Shown: positions 35,032-44,768 of the stretch, one piece after another
Layout: the number at the start of each line of letters is the position of its first letter
How positions within the stretch are numbered: position 1 is the stretch's first letter
Source: Xylographa opegraphella
Taxonomy: Eukaryota
Reading direction: 5' to 3'
Assembly: GCA_022813865.1 (NCBI GenBank)
Contig: JALDZX010000046.1
Coordinates: 124,001-168,768 of the forward strand
DNA length: 44,768 bases
The notes under the pieces: model-generated
What the model saw: the letters and a program-made list of their open reading frames with translations, nothing else
Told to the model about the DNA's origin: nothing
Database searches by the model: none
Translations under genes and position numbers: made by a program

Positions 35032-37094
35032 CTACAATTTAGCACCCCTAGATCTCCTAGATTCCTTGTCCTTATCCCTCAGCATCCGCCGAAGAATTTT
35101 CCCACTCGGACTCTTGGGAACAACATCGATGAACTCGACCTCCTTCAACCACTTATGCCTAGCTTTGTCCTTCTCAACATATTTCTTGATGTCACGAATG
35201 ACAAGGCGATCGTTGTCCTCGAGTCCCACCGACGGAGACTTGACGACAAATGCCTTGGGCCGTTCTCCCGCATCTTCGTCAGGAATGGCTATGACGGCGA
35301 CATCTGCGACCGCAGGGTGGCTGAGTAAGTGGGCCTCAAGCTCTGCAGGCGCGACTTGCATTCCCTAGGGATGACATTAGCCTCGAGTATATGAGCCGCC
35401 AGCACAGTGATGTCACTCACTTTGACCTTGATCAGTTCTTTGAGGCGATCTACTATCCATATGTGTTGGTTCCCCTTTGGACTTTTTCGAACGACTGCCT
35501 CGTCTCCCGTGCGCATCCATCCATCCTGAAATGTCTCGCGGGTGGCAAGGTCATTCTTAAGATACCCAAGTGTTACACTAGGGGATCGAACCAACAGCTC
35601 GCCAGGCTGATCATAACCTTCTATATCTGTGCCTTCAATCGTTACGAGGCGAGCTTCGCATCCGGGCATTAATGATCCAGAGGAGCCAAAATCGATATCA
35701 TCGTAGGAGGTCGAGCAGACCACAGTCGATGTTTCCGTGAGCCCTAATGATTGGTAAGTGCAATTCGTGCTTTCTGCAGATTTGATTCTGAAATGTACCG
35801 TAACCTTGCCGAATATACCATGTTGGATACTGGTCCTTCAACACTGATGCTGTCTCGGCACCCAGGGGTGCTGCACCGGTGAAAACAATTTTGACGCTAC
35901 TGAGGTCGAATTTGTCGCATAGGGCTTTGTTCTTAGTCATGAGGATGATGATCGGTGGTACCTAGGGCAAATGAACATCAGCGTTACAAATCCAATACTG
36001 ACAACATCTACTTTTGTGTTTCATATCACGCTAAAGGGGTACTTACCAGGATAAGAGCATCTATCCTGAATCTTTGTATTGCGGAGAGGTATATTTTGAC
36101 ATCAAACTTGGGCAGATTTATGACTTGATCACCCCTGTACCCGGTGGCATGACATATCACCACGAGTGAATAGATATGGCTCTGTGGGAGTAAGCCTAGG
36201 GTAATTTCGAGAAAGTCGGCGTTGGACGGAGAGTTCTTTTTCATCATATCCCGATATGGCTTTTCGAATGTGGAGATCTGCAGGACATTGGCGATCACGT
36301 TACGATGAGATATCATAACCCCTTTCTATATCAAATCAGAGGCTATCTTGGAACGCTCCAAATGAGAGGGGGAGAGCTTACCGGCAATCCAGATGTACCG
36401 CTTGAGTAACATAGGAATGCGACCTGCCGAGCCCCCTGACCTTCTTCCCATTGTAAGTCTTCAAGTTGTGGGAGGCTCGTTCCTTCCTCTATCAATTGAT
36501 CGACTGTCTTGAAGTCGCTCGGGGTATCTTGTCCGGTAAACTCTTTGGGGAGAGAGATTAAGAACACACGCTCTTTGGGTATGTTTGATTTTGACGCAGC
36601 TTCCAACGCTATGGGCAACAAAGGCACGCATGTAAACAGCGCTTTTGACCCGGAGTTATTCAGTTGATACGCGAGCTCATCCGCAGAGTATGCCGCATTG
36701 GCCGGAGAGGAGATTCCGTTGAGACGATGGGTCGCCCATGCCAGTGTAAGCGTATCAATCTATTCCGACTGCAATTAGGTATGTGCATTGCTTTGTCGTC
36801 GTGACACCGGCCACCTACAGTGTTCACAGTAAACACACCAATGACCTTGTCCCACTCCGTCCCGGAATTCGGTGTCCAGTTGAATTCCTTGGACAGTGCC
36901 TTGGCGAGGTTGTTGACGCGCTCTCGTACCTCGACGGCCGAGTACTCGGTACCGGTCAGCCCGCAGGTGAAGGGGGGCTTGGACTTGTGTATAGGATAAC
37001 GGCCATGCTTCTCGTCGAACATGAACTCGTGGATGGGAACCGTCCAGGGTGGATCGGGTAGCTTGCTCACCCATGAGGGCGGGGTGAAGACCAT
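35032..37094 (-). CDS. Peroxisomal acyl-CoA synthetase, phenylacetyl-CoA ligase / 4-coumarate-CoA ligase-like, 6 exons, PTS1 (-AKL)
   Basis: MVFTPPSWV start, AMP-binding YSSGTSGLP|KGV, QGYG|LTE, RTGD, DRLKELIKVK|GMQVAPAELE, PKSPSGKILRR and C-terminal AKL. Confidence 0.93.
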
Positions 37095-39463
37095 CTTGCT
37101 CGAACTGGCTTGTCTCTCAGGTGTGCGTTCTCGGCCGGAATCGATCAACTTCTGATGAAGGCACTGGTGCCAGGGGTATCACCTCGAGTGCATGCACGTC
37201 GGCTTTTATTAGTGTAACAACGATATTGCGCATATGGGAAACCAGAGAGACCGAGGGCATTCGCCCTCACTGGCACATGCGCTATGACAGCAGCTTCTGG
37301 TCTTCGCGACCAGACTTTGCGGGGAAGGTCAAGCCACAGCTGGGAAATGAGTGTGGGGAAAGATACAGTAACTATAGCCGAGGTCTCTCCCCATCTCCGT
37401 CATTGCTCGACGTCCACCTCCTATCATGTACGAAGTATGTCAGTCAGGTTTCGAGAACGGACAGTAGATCAACACAAATGAAATGGGATGTATCGAGCAA
37501 GAAGATGCCGCGTTTGGACGTCGGACGACGCGGGTCATGATCGCTTATATCCCAAGCAGACTGCATCTGATGATCACGACTTTGGACAAATTTGCGCTGT
37601 CAAACAAGATGAGAGCGGTACAACAAACGGAACAAACGTGGGATCATGTATCTGGGCAAACTTCAAGATCGTTTGACCTCCGTCTACCTTGTATCCTCTG
37701 ATTGCCGAACGGAAGACCCCGTTTGTCTCACGATGTGCATCAAAGATTTGCGAAGAACTCTACAAAGTGCAGCACTGCTAATCTTCTCAAGTGCACGTCT
37801 CGGTTTCACTTGATATCGGTCACTAACAACATCTCATCTTACCCACATGTTGTGAAATGAAGATGTCTTGTAATTGGCACTATCTTAAAAAGGCTGCCGT
37901 GTTCAGTGCTTCTCCGCCAAGACACGCAGCGAAATCACTTACCACCTCAGTCTTGCCCACGCAGAGGATCACGATCACATTACGCCACTTCCTTGAGCTT
38001 CGGGCTCGAGATGCTGTTATACGCCGATGCCTGTAAGTTCAGTCCCTTCTGACAGAATGACACCTGTTGCCAGTATGTCCGGGAGTTTAACAATGTTGAA
38101 ACCCCACAGTCGCGAGAACCAAAGTCTCGCAGTTGCTTGGATACTGGTGTATATGGACGCGACATGTGTCAAAACATCTTACCAAAGAGCCAATACTGGT
38201 CACATCGGCTCTCCAAACTTCCCATTGACCCCGATATCTCTTCATTGCGGAGACTTCCATCACAATGCCCAGCCAGTTGTTCGGCTGGCTGGTCGCCGGC
38301 ACTAAGATGCCACGGTTGAAGGAACGTCAGTGCAGATTCTATACTATGCAAATTCATCTGTATGGATGCTCAATTTCGTCTTGACAGTCTGACTAACATT
38401 CGAACCTGCCAATCACCAAAGTCCCAACGCGTATTATCGTTGTATTCATCGACATAGGTCAGTGCTCCATAACTGTTTAGCAGGAGCAACGGCCGAAGGC
38501 GTGCATGATCCAGACTCAGGATCAAAGCTATTCTTGTCTCCTGCACAACCCAGGAGATTTCAACAGCAGAATTCATAAAAACTAGACGCCATAATTCAAA
38601 AACTGGCACCTTGGCTGAAAGCAACAACAGAATCTGATCATTCAAACCAAAACATGGGTACGATTGGTAGCATCTGCACAATTGCAAACCGGTACGAGAC
38701 GAAGCCGGTGACAAGCACATCGTGGACCGACAATACAACAAAATACATGAAGAAAGCGCCCAATATACTACCAGAGCACTGAAACTTCTTGCGGGAAAGG
38801 GTCCCACAGGCCATCATGTGGAAACCACTCTCGAATTGACAGTATATATCTGAAATCAAATAAATATACAGCATATTTATGTCCACAAATGTATCGCATC
38901 TGTATCCACCAGTTTTCTGCGTCACTGTTCGCACTGTGTCTCTGAGGTCTTGCTGGTCTGCATCCAGTCTTCGCCAAGAGATTGAACCTCTGTTGAATCT
39001 ATGCTTTGCAAAGTCTCGATTTTCTCAAGATTAGGAGGCTGTCTATATTTCTGTTAGCTTCAATTAGAGACTTCTCTCTCCGCAAGCTTGTCATAATTTT
39101 CTGTCCCTATGCATCCGAAGTGTCCGCATCATGCAAAGCCATTTCACTATCAACAACTTCCGACGTTCGCGTCTTCTGCCATTTCTAGGTCCGTCGGTAG
39201 TACTCCTACCAGACCGGCATGTCGTCGGTCTTCAAGGTCTGCCTCGCCATACGTCATGTTGAGCATTCACGGTCAAGCCAGAACAGACTCTCCTCCTACA
39301 AGGCAACGACCCCGCAGCTCTCGGTGCATGTTTTGCCCACGATGGATGTCGACATCTACGCTAATGGCCTTCACGCTGTCGAAAACTTCCAGAATCGACT
39401 TCACGGAGGCGCTACTTCGACATTAGCGTCTTCCACGGTCCCCTCTACTTCTACTATTTAATC

Positions 39464-39558
39464 TTCATCCTTCAACTTCTTCCTTTCATCCTTCATACTC
39501 TCTTCCTATCATCCTTTCATCCGCTCTTCCTATCATCCTATCATACTTTCATCTCTCT
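39464..39558 (+). repeat. Pyrimidine-rich degenerate repeat (ttcatcc / ctatcatcc units)
   Basis: ttcatccttcaac...ttcatccttcatactctcttcctatcatcctttcatccgctcttcctatcatcctatcatactttcatc. Confidence 0.6.
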
Positions 39559-40009
39559 TAAGTCTACATTGACGAAGCCACGTTGCTGGCCTCCTCTTCC
39601 TGCCTTCGACTCCACAATTCTTGGGGCGACTACCTAAGAAACTCCGATATTATCAAGTTCTCGAGTAAATTCGGTAAGTTTATTGAAACTTGACTGTGGG
39701 AGCAACACCTGCAGAACGAGACAGCCCGAGCTGACAGAGTTGTCAGTGGGCGAATTGGGCGAAAGCAACAGTGACTCCAAATGAAGATGTGCTAATGGTA
39801 GCTCAGGACTGTCTCCTGTGGCAACATCTACTCTCGTTCTCCGTGAGAGCCCGAGCAAGCTCACCAGAACCGTGGTGATCGACCAATTCATCCAGTCCTG
39901 TATCTAGCAATTTATAAAGGTGAGTATCTGCATGACAAGGGGCTCTCGTTTCTGTACGTTCACTTTCACGTCACTTGTACACTTTCCGTCCAATTCCATC
40001 ACCCTCGTT

Positions 40010-40042
40010 TTTTTGCGTCACGCATGTTCTTTTGCGTCACGG
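40010..40042 (+). promoter_or_regulatory. Duplicated TTTTGCGTCACG motif (CRE/bZIP-like) upstream of the AlkB-like gene
   Basis: ttttgcgtcacg catgttc ttttgcgtcacg; a related cacgtcac lies at ~39967. Confidence 0.35.
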
Positions 40043-40269
40043 TCTGCAAGTGTGTTTTCCGCTCTGTGAATTCAACCCGAAGTGCACACATCACGGATAT
40101 AGCGGCGATTTCAACTCCTGATTGGTTAAGCTTCACGCTAGTTGGACGTCACTTTGAAATCGTGCTACTTCTTCTTTTCATTTTGTATTCGTCGTTCTCA
40201 TCTTTCCATCTCTCTCTCTAACATCAATCATTAAGCCATTGCTGAGTCTATTTAGCCATATAGATCATC

Positions 40270-43167
40270 ATGACTGAACTCTCCGTGGGACTAGCAGATT
40301 ACCAAGCAGCGAGGCTCGGTTCATCTGCAGATATGCCAATATCTGAAGTTGCAGCAAGTGGCATAGTCCGGCGCTCAAGCCGTAGATCCGCGGGACATGG
40401 CTCGTTGAATGTAAAAGACGTTGCTCCAACGGCAGGACTAATAGAGCCCGATGAACCAACACCAAACTCTGCAGATAATAGCATCATGAAGAAAACAAGA
40501 TCTGCAATTGTCAAGGGGAAAGATCTTGAGGGATCTAAAGCAAAACTTGTACCCGCTGATGTGCTTGCAATCACAACGTCTCGCCAGTCCAATGCTGGCA
40601 CTAAGCGTAAGAGTGGGCCTGCAAAAAAAGCGATACCTAGAAAACGTCGGAATGTTACGTCTACACAAGTACCGGGGAACGTCCTTGAGTATGTATATAA
40701 GTTTGGTTCCAAATTTGTTAATGAACTAACAGACTTCTCAGACAACGAATTCCAGGTAGGGAACTTGTGCTCTTTAATAAGGCGCAACTTAACCAAATGG
40801 TTTCTGGACCCGTTTCAGACACTACAGTGTCGAGCATTAGCGGCGATGCTGCATTATCGTCTGTTGTCGACCGAAGTGTTATAATGGGCGGTACTCCAGC
40901 AGAGACTCCAGTTCTGCCTGCCGTACCTACCGTACCACGCCCAAAGCCTCATGGGGCGCCACCTGCATGGGCTGAAGTAAGTTTACAGACTGGTGCTTGA
41001 GTGTCACACCGTTAACCTATAATTTAGAGCCGTCAAGCACTGTGTGAGACGCTGCCGTACTACCGTGCTTATAATAGCGGTGCCTATACATCGGGTGGTT
41101 TGGCATATGGGTTTCTTCTAAGCTTAGACAGCATGGGAGGATCGCTCATGAACGAGGAGATAGTCATCACGAGAGCGTGTGTACTTCTTCCTAAGTGCTG
41201 TCAAGCATTGGCTAAATCATGTAGCGGCGGGCATTGCGGTCGCAACGAATCTGGAGGTATGGAACAGATCACTAACCACTCCGCCGACGATCTGAGTGTC
41301 GCAAGCTTCAAGAATAACATAACCTGCAAGTATCCGCTAGCTTTGATTGTTGGTAAGTACCATGGCTCACCCCTCGACACTACGGTCAATGTTAATATTT
41401 ATGCTTCTAGGCAAGCAAAATACAGACTGTCCGACGGAGATACCGCACCAGTACTGTGTCATGGATTGGTTCCAGGTCACCGATGTCTGGGCTGAGAAGA
41501 ATAGAGGTAAAGTGTGTTTCAAGTTCCGCTTTGAAAAGATAGATCGGAAGACGAAGAGCTGGTGGGCACCTAAAGGTTCTCCTGAGCCTTTTCCGTCCCT
41601 TACCTTGCCTCCTCGTGCTTATGAAGAGTTATGCTCTATGTGCCGGGTCTCAAGCAAGCAAATATTCGAGCACCGTTGGATGTGTCTCAACGAAAATTGC
41701 TCCGAGTTCTGGAAAATCCAGGGCGAGGAAGTTACTTACTCATTGACATACAATCCTGTTTTCCTTGAGGAACGCACCAATTGGCCAAAGGAGATTAAGC
41801 CTCCATATGGTCTGGCGCCCCGGCTACTACAGCCAAATTCTCCTGATGAAGCGAGCTACGCTTACAACAGGGCTGGCTGGAAAGGGATAGTGTGTCCAAA
41901 GTGTAAACGCTGCACTTCTCGGCGTCACTGGGATGCATGGCGCTGTGAAACGCAAGGTTGTGGCTTCACATATAACGTCCCGCAACCAATACTTTCTCCA
42001 ACAGCACTCATGGGCGGACATGATGTGGAAACTACTGGACATGCAGTTCCAAGAGATCAAGTGGTGCACCCAGTTATAACGCGCCCGCCAAAATTCGACG
42101 GCGGTTGGCGGATACACATTTACGAGCTGTGTCCTGGGAACACTATCACTCATTTCCATGCAAATGAGTCTGTGAACAAGCAACCAGGTGGGGCAAATGA
42201 CCTCTTCAAAGCTCTGCAGAAGGACAATTGCATGGGCCTACAACGGTTTCCTATGAAGATGCACACTGGTAAGCGATCTGTTTCACATTGAATTGTTATG
42301 GTATGATGACAGCCAATAGGGACAGGAGAAGTCCTGGCACAGCACTTTGCACTGAACTATGTAAGTACGCATTGTTCCCATTCGCATCATGTGCTCATCC
42401 CCATACAGGGTATGCCGTACAAGTATGTCGTTGCTGTAGACTCGAAGGCTTTCAGCGAAGCTCCTGCTCCAATCATCAGTGCTTTGAAGCAGCTACAGTT
42501 GGCTGCAAAGGTCTCGGTTCATGATGGTTCTTTCACATCCTTCAACGAGCTTCTGGCCGTTGGCTATTTCGAAGAAGGGAAGATGGGAGTACGTGGATTT
42601 CCAGGATGTTTCCTCTGTCTATACTAAGTCTATGTGTAGTTTCATGACGATGGTGAGAAAGAGCTTGGGCCAACGATCGCCACTTTTTCGTTGGGTGGCA
42701 GTGCTGTCATGTCGATGCGTATGAAGTCGCGCTACTTCACGGGTTTGACGAAGGGTGGTAATTACGACCCATCAGCTCCTGTACTGCCAGGCAGTTTCCT
42801 CGAAGCTGAGAGAAAGGCTCTGAACGCTCGCTGGGACACTGTGACACCGGATCACTTTGACAAATTGCGGAAGGCTTTATACAAAAGTCACAAAATGCCG
42901 CGCAATGGTCCAGTTCTCTTGACAATGCATCTGAACCATGGAGACAATGTCGTGATGCACGGTAATGAGATGCAGAAGTATTACGAGGTCAGTTCTTGGT
43001 GCGTGCTTGGAGAGAGCAAAGTATACTGACTCTCTATCCAGCATCAAATTGTTTCATCTGGAAAGATGCGCTTTGGACTGACTTGTCGGCGTGTTAAGCC
43101 GGAGACCGTTGATCCAGCAGACCACTGGAAAGGAGTATATGAGATGCCTGCTGAATCTACAGTATGA
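40270..43167 (+). CDS. Fungal AlkB-family 2OG-Fe(II) dioxygenase with N-terminal SAD/SRA-like and Cys-rich domains; multi-exon, 5' end uncertain
   Basis: Spliced translation gives PPAWAE|SRQALCETLPYYRAYNSG...IVITRA|GG...YCVMDWFQVTDVWAEK...KFRFEKID (SRA-like). It continues with CSMC...WMCLNENC and CPKCKRC..W.CETQGC (Cys-rich), then FNELLAVGY, the HxD motif FHDDGEKELGPTIATFSLG, HGDNVVMHG...YYE|H and RFGLTCR. Confidence 0.85.
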
Positions 43168-44344
43168 TGGTATCAAGTCGTTAGTATTACGCCTTAGCAT
43201 AACAATCACAATATATTTTAATATCTTGACCGCCTTTTACTCTTTTGGCCTTATAATCGCACAATAAATATATTAAATATAAAACAATTAATCCTTCTCT
43301 TTAAATTAAACTTATATTTAGAAAAATAATGAAGTTCTGTTCAATCTGTATATTCAGGGGTTAGTTTAAGTAGTGCCGAAAATCTTTAATCCAGATTTTG
43401 ACCTTTCGAGACGTTTTGTGAACTCAATACGGGGTCGTATGCAGGCCGTTGCTGATATTTATAAGAGGAATACTTTACTACAGTTCAAGAATCAGGTCTA
43501 TGGAGTTATATTTGCACTTGTTACATCAAATAATAATAATTAATTGTGCTTGAAAATGCTTAATTTTATGCTTATTGTGCTAAGATAGAGCGTAATACTA
43601 ACGACTTGGTACTATATGTCTGCTTGAATTAGCAACGCTCTACAATTCACACCTGAAGGTCAGGACGTTCCTGTTGTTTAGCTTGCAGAAGTTTCCAGCC
43701 TAGAAGGCATTAAATACTCTTAATGGAAAGGAACTTGTTTAACCTGAGAAGGCGGACACAGGTATCGCTGTCCTCAAGGAGGAACCCATGACGTTAATGT
43801 CACAGGGGAAGGCCGCTTTCCCGACTTTCTGCTAATGCGATCTGATCTCTCCAGCTCTTGCCATCGCTTCATCCATGGCTTACCACTTTAATGACTTTGC
43901 ACCTTTTGCGACAGCTTTCATTTCAATTTATGACAGCTTTTCTTTTGTCGCACGACCGCTCCACGCGTGGTGTAGTTCGGGGGGGGGTTGGGCCGAGGGG
44001 GTGCTTCGCACCACCCTCAATCTAATTATTCATTCTTCTCCTGCATTCTTAAATAGACAAGCAATATACACTCGTTTCAGCAAGTTCACTTCAGTTCAGT
44101 TCCTGGCTGCGAAGCAGCCAGTATGGCCGTGATTTCAGTGACATAGGGTCACTGCGCTCCCCTACCTTCTTTATTTAGTGGTTATTCTTCATCCTTACTA
44201 TAGCATATTACTGCGGAGCACACATAGTTCCATTACACACCTGTCTCTATTTCTCAGCTGCTTACGTTGTTTATGGGCATCGAGTATATCTGCCTGTGTC
44301 GCGGACATACAGTACCACGTCAAAAGTTTGCGGCACGACCTTAT

Positions 44345-44668
44345 TTTACACCCAGATTGAACATCGGAAACGTAAGTCGAATTCTATACAACTTTTAAAC
44401 TTGATGTTTTATCGATAAAACCCTTCTTAAAATTCAAACTCGGCGATCGATTTATATAAACGTAATCAATATATTTACTATAAACAAAATAATCAAAAAC
44501 GAGTTTCACAATAAAAAAATAAAAACATGAAAGCTATATTTTTAATAATTAAATATATCATTATATATCATTGATTTTTAAGCGAAATATCGTATAAATT
44601 AAAGTTTAGTAATTACAAAAGAATTGTTAATATTTTGAAAAAAAAAATAAAAAATGTTGAATTTAATC
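44345..44668. other. Strongly AT-rich non-coding segment (possible RIP-degraded repeat relic)
   Basis: Long A/T runs and few C/G compared with the rest of the window; no ORF. Confidence 0.4.
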
Positions 44669-44768
44669 ACTAGGCACAGGGGTTTTGGCAGCAGATAGCA
44701 GTGCATTTGTTACGGCTCATCAACTCACCACACAAGCACGCCTAGAACGTAAGCTTTAGGTGGACGAT

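Noticed and set aside
35032..37094. Secondary-metabolite cluster around the acyl-CoA ligase
   Set aside because: There is no PKS/NRPS/terpene backbone gene, transporter or cluster regulator nearby, and the neighbours are housekeeping genes.
37150..39460. Numerous 60-145 aa ORFs between the CoA ligase and the AlkB-like gene
   Set aside because: No recognisable motifs or consistent exon chain; treated as divergent promoter/intergenic DNA.

Overview
Eukaryotic DNA from a filamentous ascomycete (Pezizomycotina-type short GT-AG introns with CTRAC/CTAAY branch sites). Conserved housekeeping genes: THO2 (5' part, runs off the left edge), an NAD-dependent epimerase/dehydratase, ETF beta, the Arf-GAP GCS1, an Sbp1-like RRM-RGG-RRM protein, TAH18/NDOR1, a nicotinamide-riboside-kinase-like P-loop protein, the DHHC palmitoyltransferase PFA5, SQT1, a peroxisomal phenylacetyl/4-coumarate-CoA ligase and a fungal SRA/Cys-rich/AlkB 2OG-Fe(II) dioxygenase. 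Two accessory islands sit between them. (1) At 4.3-10.3 kb, four co-oriented, highly diverged genes share a C-terminal amphipathic helical domain and carry different subsets of a CCCH zinc finger and a PAM2 (PABP-binding) motif, suggesting a lineage-specific family of mRNA regulators. (2) At 23-31 kb, three co-oriented small Cys-rich zinc-ribbon genes flank PFA5 and are built from two modules (A only, B only, and an A+B fusion). Gene models were assembled by eye from splice signals and no database searches were run.
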